Source: Lytechinus pictus (Eukaryota). From it: a DNA stretch of 64,000 nt. The notes under the pieces were generated by a model. That model was not told the origin of the DNA. It ran no database searches and worked only from the letters and a program-made list of their open reading frames with translations. Positions 1-11,760 of this stretch are shown here, piece after piece (position 1 is the first letter of the stretch; every line of letters starts with the position of its first letter). The translations under genes and the position numbers were made by a program. The DNA lies in contig NC_087248.1 in NCBI RefSeq assembly GCF_037042905.1, positions 22,134,001 to 22,198,000 of the forward strand, given 5' to 3'.

Positions 1-204
1 AGAAGAAGAAGGAGGAGGAGGATGAGGGAGGGTGTCATGAAGTGAAAACAAGACGAAATATCTTTGCGATGATCGAACGACCAACTCTTTCCCATCTCCA
101 ATAACTTTAGCACACTACTATGGCACGCTCATAGGGAAACAATTAAATATATGTTTCACTTGAAAAAAATATGTTTCTCTTTCACTAAACCATTTCACTC
201 AAAG

Positions 205-565
205 AAATTTATATTTCACTTATCAAAAAAATATGTTTCACTTTAAAAAAAAAATTTATATTTCACTTTTCAAAAAAATATATTTCACTTTTCAAAAAAA
301 ATATATTTCACTTTTCAAAAAAATATATTTCACTTTTCAAAAAAATATATTTCACTTTTCAAAAAAAATATATTTCACTTTTCAAAAAAATATATTTCAC
401 TTTTCAAAAAATAATATATTTCACTTTTCAAAAAAATATATTTCACTTTTCAAAAAATATATATTTCACTTTTCAAAAAAATATATTTCACTTTAAAAAA
501 AAAATATATTTCACTTTTCAAAAAAATATATTTCACTTTTCCAAAAAAATATATTTCACTTTTCA
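205..565 (+). repeat. Tandem ~21-22 bp repeat (TTTTCAAAAAAATATATTTCAC)n, outer domain of left foldback arm
   Basis: Directly visible tandem array, mirrored at about 6775-6950. Confidence 0.9.
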
Positions 566-654
566 ACAATTTTTTTTTTAATTTTGAGAGAAAACAAATC
601 CTTTCACTTTTGTTGGATAACACATGCGGCTGCCGTATTCGACCGTACGTAGAA

Positions 655-1270
655 TTCATCTATCTACCTACATGATATATCTATCTATCTATCTATCACT
701 CTGCCTAATATATATCTATCTGTTTAAATATGTCTATCTATCCATCCATCTGTCTGTCTGTTTATCTATCTATCTCTCAAACTATTTATTTTTCTATCTA
801 TCTGTCTAATAATTATCTGATTAAATATGTCTGTCTATCTATCTACGAATCTATCTATCTGCCTGTCTGTCTCTTTATCTATATATCTATCTAATATTTT
901 TTAATATGTCTGTATATCTGTTTATTTATCAATCAGTCAATCTATCTATCTATCTATCTTATGATTTATCTGTCTTTTTATCTATCTGCCTATTTATCTT
1001 TATCTATCTATCTTATGTCTATCTGTTCAAAATATGTATGTCTATCTGTATGTCTACCTTTCATCTTTCAATCTAATATCTATTGATCTGTTCAAATAAT
1101 CATGTCTGTTTATTTGACTGTTTATCTATTTAATATATATCTATTAAATATGTTTAATATGTTATTCTATCTGTCTATCTATCAATAAATATATCGATCT
1201 ATTTTCTCTCTATCTATACATCTATCCATCTATTTATCTATCTGTGTATGTACCTATGTATCTATCTGTC
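655..1270 (+). repeat. Degenerate (TATC)n microsatellite domain of left arm
   Basis: TATC/TGTC runs that continue at about 3250-3500 after the insertion. Confidence 0.85.
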
Positions 1271-1277
1271 TCTGAAT

Positions 1278-3131
1278 CAGGGGCGGAAATCTCTCCCAAA
1301 AGGTAGGGGGGACACAGGGGCGGATCCAGCCTTCGCCAATAGGGGGGCGGAAATTTGTTTCAGCCATATTTTCCCCGATCGGCAGCTCGAAGAAGATTTT
1401 TGTTTGTTTCTTTGAAGGGGTAGTCCTCATTAGTCACTTCTTAGCTTTATTCTTATAAATTAATATATAGTATCATAATCCTTATTTATATGATGCAAGC
1501 GCGAAGCGTGAGCTAATTTTTTTGGAAATTTTATGTATTTTTTCCTTAAATTTGAACATTCTGGGCAATGTTTGTTATCCTGAAAAAGATGTGTATGCAA
1601 CTTAATAATTACTACAAGCGCAAAGCGCGAGCAGAAATAAACTGATGGAAAAGATACCTGTTAAAGTAGCATTTAACAATCAAATAATGCGAGCGAAGCG
1701 CGAGCTAATTTTTTTTTGACATTTTCACCTAAAGAATTGAAACTCAAGCAGAATAGGTATATAAGTAAACAATTGATGCGAGCGCGAAGCGCGAGCGTAA
1801 AATTTCGAGATTTAGTCCTATAATATTTACTGAACGAGACACTCTACTCATGTTTTGTAAATCATGAAAAGGATGAGTATTAATAATGCGAGCGCAAAGC
1901 GCGGGCAGAAAATTTTTATATACGTTTTAAACTGGTACCTGTTGAAAAGGTAACTGTTAAGGACTGCTTGCACTTAGCCATGAAGGCGTTACATATTTCA
2001 ACAATAAAAAAAATGCGAGCACGAAGCGCGAGCTGAAAACTTTTGAACTTTCTAAAGAAAGAATGAAAAATTTTAATCAGTTTTTGTAATCGTGAACAGG
2101 ATAGCTATATAATTTAATAATTGAAGCGAGCTCGAAGCGCGAGCAGAAAAAAAAAACGAGATTTAGACCTAAAAATGGGCCACTCTGTTCATGATGTACA
2201 AAAGGATGAGTAATATTGGGCCTTCCCACATTAATAATGCGAGCACAAAGCGCGAGCAGAAATATTTTGATATCATATTGTGATCTGAAACTGGATAATG
2301 ATTTAAATAGAGAACAAGTTGAGTATCTGAATAAACACGCGCGCGCGTGTTTCATAAATTATTTAGACCTAGAATCTAAGCATTCTATATACATGTAAAT
2401 CATGAAACTTTGATACTCCGATCTGAAAAAAGAGTCAATTTCCGCTTTATATTTCAAGCACTTTGTAGAAAAATTGTAAGGCAAGCAGCAAATGTTAATA
2501 TTCAAACCATAAAACTGACATTTTTACAGAGCACTTTTTAAAAATCAATTTGTAAATCACACAAAATAATGAAAGTTCGATTTCCAAGGTGAAATATGTT
2601 TTGTATATTGACTTCCAAACTTGACATTCGAGCTCCATATTGAACAAGATATGTAAATCACCTAACAGGCAATGCGAGCGCGAAGCGAGAGCTAAAATGT
2701 TATATATAGTGGCACGAAAGATTCTTTTTATTTTCCAAGTCTTCCCCTCATCTTGTTTTATGCACTCGTCGTCCTCTTCTTTTTCTCCTCTCTTTTCCCT
2801 CTTTTATTCCTTCTTTCTTTCCGTTTTTTTCTTTTTTTTGCTCCGCCAAGAGGGGGAGGGGGGCGGGCCCCTCGGCCCCCTGTGCCCCCTGGTCCGCCTA
2901 CGGGGACAAGGGGCGGGAACATTTGACAAGCAAAAAAAAAGGTTATCCCAAAAGTAAGGTCATCTTGTCCCAACTCGTCCCAAATACATGTTTTATTTCG
3001 ATTTAGAATGATGTATTTCTTACCATCATAAAAGACCAAAAATAGTAGGGGGACATTTGATATTGTGTCCCCCTACTATTTTGAGTAGGGGGGACACGTC
3101 CCCCCTGTCCCCCCTGGGATTTCCGCCCATG
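1278..3131. mobile_element. Non-autonomous hAT-like element inserted in left foldback arm
   Basis: TIRs CAGGGGCGGAAATC / GATTTCCGCCCATG with a perfect 8-bp TSD CTCTGAAT (1270-1277 and 3132-3139). The right arm keeps the empty site (ATTCAGAG, 5701-5708). Confidence 0.88.
1315..2902. mobile_element. Nested non-autonomous element with repeated GCGAGCGCGAAGCGCGAGC motifs
   Basis: Ends CAGGGGCGGATCC and GGTCCGCCTACG, flanked by GGGACA on both sides. About nine copies of the GC-rich motif lie between 1493 and 2693. Confidence 0.65.
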
Positions 3132-4847
3132 CTCTGAATCTATGTTTAGATCAAATATATCATAATCACCGTTATCATCATCATCATATTTGCCATCAAT
3201 CATTATCAGCATCATCCTCCTCATCATCGTATATTTTTTCGTCAATCAATATCTATCTAATGTCTGTCTATCTATCTAATACCTATTTATCTGTTATATA
3301 TATATATATCTATCTATTAATATATATCTATCTTCTATTAATCTATCCACCTATCATTTATCCCTCCATCCATCCATCTATTTATCTATCTTTCTTATAT
3401 GTATCTGTTTAAATATGTATGTCTATCTGTCTGTCTATTTATCTTTCATACTTATATCCACTCATTTGTTTAAATAATTATGTCTGTTTATCTATTTATC
3501 TACGACAGGCCACCTAATTCGTCCGCACGACGAATTAAAATCTAGTTTCACTTGTTACATTTTAAATCTGAGAGAAAACAAATCCTTTCACTTTTGTTGG
3601 ATAACACATACGACGGCTGCTGTATTAGACCGTACGTAAAGTTCATTCCTCACGTAAAATCCATTCCTCTCGCTCCGAAAAACATTTCACTCTTGTTGCA
3701 AAATTCATTTCACTCAATTGCAAAAAATACGTTCCTCTTTTTTCTCGGCCTGTAGGCGGCGCGCTTCATTGTTGGCGGGAAATAGAGATGGTTGCAAAAT
3801 TTTCGCTGTGCTGAGGGGAGAAATCATGAAAGCGGTTGCAACTCACAAAATGACAAGGATGTGGGGATATCAGCGAACGCAATTACGTCACTTTCCCACG
3901 TGCACGAGAATGCACCACGAGGTGGGCCCATGAACACAAAACGTAAAGTTTGATTTTATCGCTGATTATGCACAATAGCCAGTGCAATCAGCCGTTGCAT
4001 TCTGCCCTACGATCAATCACTAACCTTAGCACGGTCTGGCTATACGTTTTGTAGGCATGGGGCATGAATACTTTATACATACACTATCTACAGAGCTGAA
4101 TGGTCAAGGTAAGTGTTGAAATTTCCCTTTTCTCCATTCCGTCTGTCTTTTACTTCATTGACATACGATGATCGTAATGATTGATTAAATGAAGCTTACA
4201 AAGAGCTACAATTCACTGGTCAACTCGCTTGTACCTGCACTGCAAAACCAAATTCTCTCCAGTTTGTCCGAGACATGAATGGGGGGGTTTTCCAATGCTA
4301 CTCTCAGAACGGGCAGTACTTCACCGTCTTTTGAACAGACATGAAAAGTGAGTATACGGGACTGAAGTTAAGTGATGACGTCATCGCTCAACCCTAAAAA
4401 TTTGGTGTTAGCCGAAAATGTCCACCGAAAGCGATGACGTCTTCACCCATTCAGTCATGTATGCTTTACCGCCTATGTCTGGTTTGAAGAAGCACTACCC
4501 GTGACAAAATGGTGAGAATTTGGTTTTGCAACGGAAGTACAAGCGAGTTGACCAGTGAAATGTAGCCTTTTGTAAGCTTCATTTCATCAATCATCGCGAT
4601 TATCGAATGTCAATGAAGTAAAAGACAGACGGAATGGAGAAAAGGGAAATTTCAACACCTTGTCCATTTAGCTCCGGAGATGCTTCATGCGCATGCTTCA
4701 TATCATGCCTACAAAACGTTAGTGATTGATCGTAGGGCAGAATGCAACAGCTGATTGCACTGGCTATTGTGCATAATCAGCAATAAAATCAAACTTTATG
4801 TTTTGTGTTCATGGGCCCACCTCGTGGTGTATTCTCGGGCACGCGTG

Positions 4848-4908
4848 TAGTCCAGATTGGACCTTGTTGTTTGGAAGTGCTTTTTCCACAAGGTCCAATC
4901 TGGAGCTA
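4848..4908. mobile_element. 61-bp hairpin mini-element in right foldback arm
   Basis: TAGTCCAGATTGGACCTTGT ... ACAAGGTCCAATCTGGAGCTA, flanked by the direct repeat GCACGCGTG (4839-4847 and 4909-4917). Absent from the left arm. Confidence 0.7.
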
Positions 4909-5339
4909 GCACGCGTGGGAAAGTGTCGTAATTGGGTTCGCTGGTATCCCCATATTCTTGTCATTTTGTGTGTTGCAACCGGATTCATGATTTCTCCCCT
5001 CAGCACAGCGAAAATTTTGCAACCATCTCTGTTACCTCGTCCTGCCAACAATGATGTGCGCCGCCTACAGGCCGAAAAAAAAGAGGAACGTATTTTTTTG
5101 CGATTGAGTGAAATGAATTTTGCAACAAGAGTGAAATGTTTTACGTAGCGAGAGGAATGGATTTTTACGTGAGGAATGAATTTTACGTACAGTCTAATAC
5201 GGCAGCCGCCGTCGTATGTGTTATCCAACAAAAGTGAAAGGATTTGTTTTCTCTCAGATTTAAAATGTAACAAGTGAAAAAGAAACTAGATTTTAATTCG
5301 TCGTGCGGACGAATTAGGTGGTCGGTCGTAGATAAACAG

Positions 5340-5972
5340 ACACAATTATTTATACAAATGAGTGGATATAAGTATGAAAGATAAATAGACAGACAGATAG
5401 ACATACATATTTAAACAGATACGTATAAGAAAGATAGATAAATAGATAGATAGATCGATGGATGGAGAGATAAATGATACGTGGATTGATCAATAGAAGA
5501 TAGATATATATTAATAAAAGGGATTAATATATAGATAGATATAAACATATAAATAGGTATTAGATAGATAGACAGATAGACATTAGATAGATATTGATTG
5601 ATGATAAAAAATACGATGAGGAGGATGATGCTGATGATTGATGGCAAATATGATGATGATGATAACGGTGATTATGATATTATATTTGATATACACATAG
5701 ATTCAGAGACAGATAGATACATAGATACATACGCAGATAGATAAACAGATGGATAGATATATAGATAGAGAGAAAATAGATTGATATATTTATTGATAGA
5801 TAGACAGATAGAATAACATATTTAACAGATTTAATAGATAGATATTAAATAGATAAACAGACAAATAAACAGATCAATAGATATTAGATTGAAAGATAAA
5901 AGGTAGACATACAGATAGACATACATATTTTGAACAGATAGACTTAAGATAGATAGATAGATAGATAGATAT

Positions 5973-6024
<52 letters not shown>

Positions 6025-6760
6025 AGATAAATAGGCAGATATATAGAAATTAAGACAGATATACAGACATTTAAACAGCCGGATAAATCATTAGATAGAT
6101 AGATAGATAGATTGAATGATAAATAAACAGATATAGACATATTAAAATAAATAAATAGATATTAGATAGATAGATAGATAGATAAAGAGACAGACATATA
6201 GATAGATAGACAGACATATTTAAACAGATAATTGTTAGACAGATAGATAGAAAAATAAATAGTTCGAGAGATAGATAGATAAATAGACAGACAGATAGAT
6301 GGATAGATTGATAGATTTAAACAGATAGATATATATTAGGCAGAGAGATAGATAGATATATCATGTAGGCAGATAGATAGAAAGACAGATATACAGACAT
6401 TTAAACAGCCGGATAAATCATTAGATAGATAGATAGATAGATAGATAAAGAGACAGACAGGTAGATAGATTTGTAGATAGATAGATAGACAGACATATTT
6501 AAACAGATAATTGTTAGACAGATAGATAGAAAAATAAGTAGTTCGAGAGATAGATAAATAAATAGACAGATAGATGGATAGATAGAAAGATAGACATATT
6601 TAAACAGATATATGTATATTAGGCAGAGAGATAGATAAATAGACAGATAGATGGATAGATAGATAGAAAGATAGACATATTTAAACAGATAGATATATAT
6701 TAGGCAGAGAGATATAGATAGATAGATATATCATGTAGGTAGATATATAGATAGATGAAT
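5340..6760 (+). repeat. Degenerate (GATA)n domain of right foldback arm
   Basis: GATA/GACA runs with internal ~180-300 bp duplications. Reverse complement of the left-arm (TATC)n. Confidence 0.85.
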
Positions 6761-6774
6761 TTTACGTTTTTATT

Positions 6775-6950
6775 TTTTTGAAAAGTGAAATATATTTTTT
6801 TGAAAAGTGAAATATATTTTTTTTGAAAAGTGAAATATATTTTTTTGAAAAGTGAAATATATTTTTTTGAAAAGTGAAATATATTTTTTTGGAAAAGTGA
6901 AATATATTTTTTTATAAAGTGGAATACATTTTTAAAAGTGAAATATAAAT
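6775..6950 (-). repeat. Tandem ~21-22 bp repeat, outer domain of right foldback arm
   Basis: (GAAAAGTGAAATATATTTTTTT)n, the reverse complement of the 205-565 array, with fewer copies. Confidence 0.9.
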
Positions 6951-8410
6951 TTCTTTGAGTGAAATGGTTTAGTGGAAGAGAAACATATTTTTTTCAAGTG
7001 AAATATATATTTAATTGATTCCCTATAAGCGTGCCATACACTACACTAAATATTCACTGAATGTCGCCATTAAATAACACTTTCCTAATCGCTTTTTCTA
7101 GGTGATCGCAAGCCAGCGACATACAGAGTTCATAACTCAATTAATCATCAGGATTTCAATCAAAAGTACATCTTGGATCGGTCATTTAGTAATAGCTTCC
7201 GTCAAACGTGTTTTAAATCTATCTGTATGATCTGTCCAAGGGCCTTTTCACACGTGAATCTTAAATCATCATTGTAATGATGATTGCTATTGTTATCGTG
7301 ACGGTGATTATCGTTCGTGATTCTAATCATGTTCTACTTTGGTTTCACACGTACTAAATATTCATCATTAGCCGTATTTTTCACTGGAATCATTCAAATT
7401 ACGATTTTTTTTTTCCCGTGTGAAAGGGCGGCAAGTGATCTTCATGAATGGTGCTTCTTCACCTACTGGGGCTGAGCCACATGGGTGGGGTTAGTGGGTA
7501 TATCGCCTTTATGATTCCTGAAGCAGTGCTGAAAGGGCGAGAGAAGATACAAGGAAGGGGACAAAGAGAGAATGTGGAGAAAGGAGAAAGAAGAATATAG
7601 AAATGAAATGGTATGGGCCTTATCTTTGAGCTATTAAAAAAGACATATATATGACGTCACATTAATTCGTCTTGCCTTCCCCCATCAAAATATCCTGGAG
7701 CTGCCCCTCTTCACCTATTAAATAGAAAATTTGCCAGGTGGGGGACATTTCCAGTCCATACAGCCCTCTTAGCCATTTGTTTTTTTCATTCGACCACTTA
7801 TATATTCAGATTGTTCAATTTCCCTCTTGAAAACAATAATTTTTTGGCTCGGTACTAAGCTGCATATAGTACAAGAGGTTGAAACTTTTTTTACTTCGAG
7901 ATGATGCCACAGACCCCCATCCAGGTTGAAACCTGTCCTTTCAGTAAATTATAAAAATCGAAGCCCCTGGTGACAAGAAGGGGAGCATAGGGGTGAATCT
8001 CTACCCCTGTCGGAACTTTAGCACTCCATTTGCCTCCCCCACTCCCCCACTCCCCCCCCCCCCCTCTCCTCTCCACGTCTAAAAGGCGCGGTGTCTCCTG
8101 CTAGTTATCACTTTATTGTGGAAGTGCTAATCGCTCATTCGAGTGGGTCCCTGGTTTGATCCTCGATCACCTTCCCATATTGCAGGAGAAATATTTCTTT
8201 CTTTTCGATTATAGGGTCTAACACATAAGCCTAGATTCTAAAAAGTGTCCTCTATTAAAGCCATTCAATTAGTGACGTAATTAAGCGTGTGATGCTCATT
8301 CATTTATGCAACGTTGATTTCGTATGAACTTGATCTCTATTACATTATCCTTTATATACCAAGAGACTATTCTTAACGGTAATTATGGGAGAATGAAGAG
8401 TGGCCCCCAT

Positions 8411-9096
8411 TCCACAGAACGGAGACCATTGAAAGACCACTGAAAGAACTATTTCTTGTCTTACTGGTCTTAGACTAGTCCTATAGAGATCTTTCAATGG
8501 TCTTTTAGAGATCTTTTATGAAACAAGTGATCTTTCAGAATTCTTTCCATGGACTTTGCCTGGTCTTTCAATGGTCTTTCAATGATCTCTCATGAGTCTT
8601 ACAGTGATCTCCGCAAAAATCTTGAGAGACTGCCGAAAGATCATTGAAAGACTATGAAGACCTTTGAAAGTTCATCGAAAGACCGCTGAAAGACTGCTGA
8701 AAGACCACTAAAAGACCATTTTCCTGTAAGACCGTTGTAAGACTGTTTTGAACCGTTTAAAAAAGTTTTGGAGCCCATGAAGACTAGTCTGCTGGGCAAA
8801 CCCTTCGCTCGAGTTAAGGGTCTGAATGTGCAGCCTACTCATGCCTTGTGTACTGAAGGCTCTGGAACAGCAAGTTTTGTATGTGCTAGTCTTTGCGTGG
8901 AGGCACACTTGTTGATCAAAGTTCCAATGAGGGTCTGTGCCTGCAGACTACATGAAGACCACGAAGACCACTGAAAGATTGGTCAGGACTCCTGTAAGAC
9001 CTCAAAGACCATTTTAAGTTCATTGAGAGACCTCTGAAAGATCAACCAGAATTCATGGTCTTTCAAAGGTCTTTCAAAGGTCTTGTTCTCTGTGGA
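8411..9096. mobile_element. MITE with TIRs and many subterminal GAAAGACC / GGTCTTTC repeats
   Basis: TCCACAGAAC..AGACCATTGAAAGACC at the left and GGTCTTTCAAAGGTCTTGTTCTCTGTGGA at the right. An ~11-bp motif is repeated in both orientations. Confidence 0.7.
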
Positions 9097-9707
9097 TATC
9101 TTTCTGCAACAAATTAAAATGAAGATATCTTTCTGCAGCAAATCAATCGAAAGGAAATTGTGCGATTATCGTTGCGAATGGAGTCTAAAACGGTACAACG
9201 TATTCATCATCACTCATTTATATCCCCCTTTAAACTGGGCTCAATATAAGCCCATCGTTTAGCTACCAATTAAAAAGAATGTCTATTTAAATCTCAATCG
9301 CATATGTCCATAATTTCCCCTAATTAATTCACTAATTACTCATCACATAAATCATTTGACCGAGCAGTACTGAATAGCAGGATATCGTCATTTAGCAGTC
9401 TCCCAAAATGTGTGACGTCATATGAAGGCCTACTTATTTAAAGTGTGTGGTACATAATTTTCATAGCAAATTAATTTGGAAAGTTAATTTTTCTTCGCGG
9501 TGATAAGCACTATATTTTGTATATAGACAATGTTGTTTGAATGTGCGTGTGTGTGCAATAGTAAAGTTGAGAGTGATAGTTGTAGTTTATGCGGGCACAT
9601 GGATTGCATATTGTCCGAGACAGGCAGAAACTCATTCCTCTGTTAAATGTCTTATTTTAACTTTTGATGTTAGAACTGTAAATTATTCGTTTAATTGCTT
9701 TATAATA

Positions 9708-10190
9708 TAAGTTATTGAAGTATAAAGTTAAGCAATATTTTGTGAAAACAGTCGTCATGAATATTCATTAGATGGGCTGATGATGTCACATCCCCACTTT
9801 CCGTTTTCTTATGTTATTACATAAAATCATAATTTTTTCATTATTTCATACTTGTGTGAATAATATGTCTCCCTTATAATAAAATAAGTTGCAGCAATAA
9901 ATATCTAATGCACTAAATCAGTTGTCAATCCAATTTTTCTAGTTCTTGGAGGAAAAAATTTGAATAAACCTAATTTCACATAATAAAATACAAAAGAACA
10001 AGTGGGGATGTGACATCATCAGCCCACCTAATGAATATTCATGACAACTGTTTTCACAAAATATTGCTAAACTTTAAAATTCAATAACTTTGTTATTTGT
10101 TATCCGATTTTGATGAAATTTTTGGCATTTTGCTCAGTGAATTCTACTCTATTTATTAAGTTCTAAATACTTTCAGCCCGGATCATCCCT
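9708..10190. mobile_element. Kolobok-like (TTAA) MITE, left end truncated
   Basis: Long internal inverted repeat (CATGAATATTCATTAG..GATGATGTCACATCCCCAC), ending ATCCCT+TTAA. Same family as 46635-47233. Confidence 0.75.
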
Positions 10191-10300
10191 TTAAGTTTAA
10201 AGGCCCAGTCTTCTCCACATGACAAATTAGATTCCCATTCTTAAACTCTAAAATATCTAAATTTTACCAATTTTTGCTCTAGATGTCAGATTTGGTTAAT

Positions 10301-10418
10301 AATAGCAATATTGACTGGCCTGGGGGTGAAAGGACATATATTGCCCTCACTAAATTGATAAATCTAGTTTGGGCAATATATGTCGTATCGCCCCGAGGAC
10401 AGTCAATGTTGCTTTATT
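10301..10418. mobile_element. ~120-bp imperfect hairpin (MITE-like)
   Basis: GCAATATTGACTG..GACATATATTGCCC / GGGCAATATATGTC..CAGTCAATGTTGC. Confidence 0.55.
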
Positions 10419-11542
10419 GTTATACCTCTGTAAATGCATACATTTCAGTTTTTAGCTGCAGTATGTGTATGATTGTTTTACTGGAAATGAATAAACCATG
10501 ATGAAATCAATTATGGTGGAAAAGTGCGTAGGGTTCGGGGAAGGGGAGGGGTGTCAGCAATTTTCTCGCTTGAAGGAGAAATTACAACAGGGGGTCCTTT
10601 TCATAAAGAGTTACAATTATTACAAAAAATAGCAATTTTATGGTCATTAGCAGCTACCATGGTAACAGGGCTTAATATTCAATCATAACCATGGTTACCA
10701 CTGTATTTACCATAACGGCACAATTACCGTCGTCGTAAGTACGTATGAAGCCATGCAGCGCCGGGCCTCGGCTGCTTGAGGCACTAATTTAATTGAACAT
10801 ATTTTTAGAGCAAATGATATATAGAGGGAAAATAGTAGTCTCGAATTTACACGGTAAAATAGAAAATAATGATAAGAATAACAATGATAATTTTAATTAT
10901 TATTATGATGATGATGATGATGATGACGATGACGATAATAATAACGTTATTGGGTTTTTTTCAGCCACTTCAGTTCCGAAAAATGTTCTACCAGCGGGCC
11001 CTGCTTAACATGGTAATGCATGGGCGTACGTGCGTGATTAAACTGACACGTCACTTGATGCAATCGCTATTATAGAATTGAATTTTACATTCAATTCATC
11101 TCTATTCAACTAGTATAATGCATGTTCGCCTTCGAAGAAATAGAAATATAATTGCCCTTGGATCAGTAGTTTTGAGTTTACCGAAAAGTGAAAAGAAAAT
11201 ATACTCGAAAGACTCTCATGCATCATTTTGAATTGGCAAGAGGAATAAATTTCAAAAGGAAGACAGGAATGGGGCTCTTGGTTGTACGTGTGTCGATGAA
11301 ATCACGTGATCAAGATTGCAAAATACATGAATTTAAAAGTTGACTGAAGACAGCTCTTTTCCAAAAGTACGTTCTTCCAGGCTTCTGCCTTGTGTAAATT
11401 TCTCCAAGCACGTATTACAATGTATATACAAAACATGCGGAAGTCTTAATGTTGAAATCCTGTCGAATTTAGTAAAGTTTTCAAATCATGCAGTGACGTA
11501 AAATATTGGTACTTTAAGTATTCAAGTATTAATGTCGGGGGG

Positions 11543-11760
11543 CAGTGGCGTACCTAGGATTTTCCACAGGGGGGGGGGCAAATTCGTCCGCCAAAAAAAA
11601 TGACAAGCATAAATAAAGGATTTCGTACCAGGAAAAAATTTGACAAGCAAAAAAAAAAAAAGGTCTTCAACCACAAATGGATTTGATTTGACAAGCAAAA
11701 AAAAAAAAGTCTTCAAGACTCGTCAGGGGGCAGGGATATGTCCCCGTAGGTACGCTAGTG
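11543..11760. mobile_element. Short hAT-like MITE
   Basis: Ends CAGTGGCGTACCTA / TAGGTACGCTAGTG with internal TTTGACAAGCAAAAA repeats. Confidence 0.65.

Larger units (their letters stand above)
119..7038. mobile_element. Giant foldback-type (FB/TU-like) non-coding palindromic DNA element
   Basis: The left terminus TATGGCACGCTCATAGGGAAACAATTAAATATAT is the near reverse complement of the right terminus ATATATTTAATTGATTCCCTATAAGCGTGCCATA. It is flanked by the direct repeat CACTAC (113-118 and 7039-7044). The arms stay complementary inward to about 4388/4430. No credible ORF. Confidence 0.9.

Noticed and set aside
1490-2695. CRISPR-like repeat/spacer array
   Set aside because: The context is eukaryotic, repeats are degenerate, spacers are long and uneven, there are no cas genes, and it lies inside a TIR element.
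3552-5273. Similar ORFs on opposite strands (MLHFKSERKQ...) as a possible transposase
   Set aside because: They are mirror images from the palindrome arms, are frameshifted relative to each other and show no DDE or other recognisable domain.
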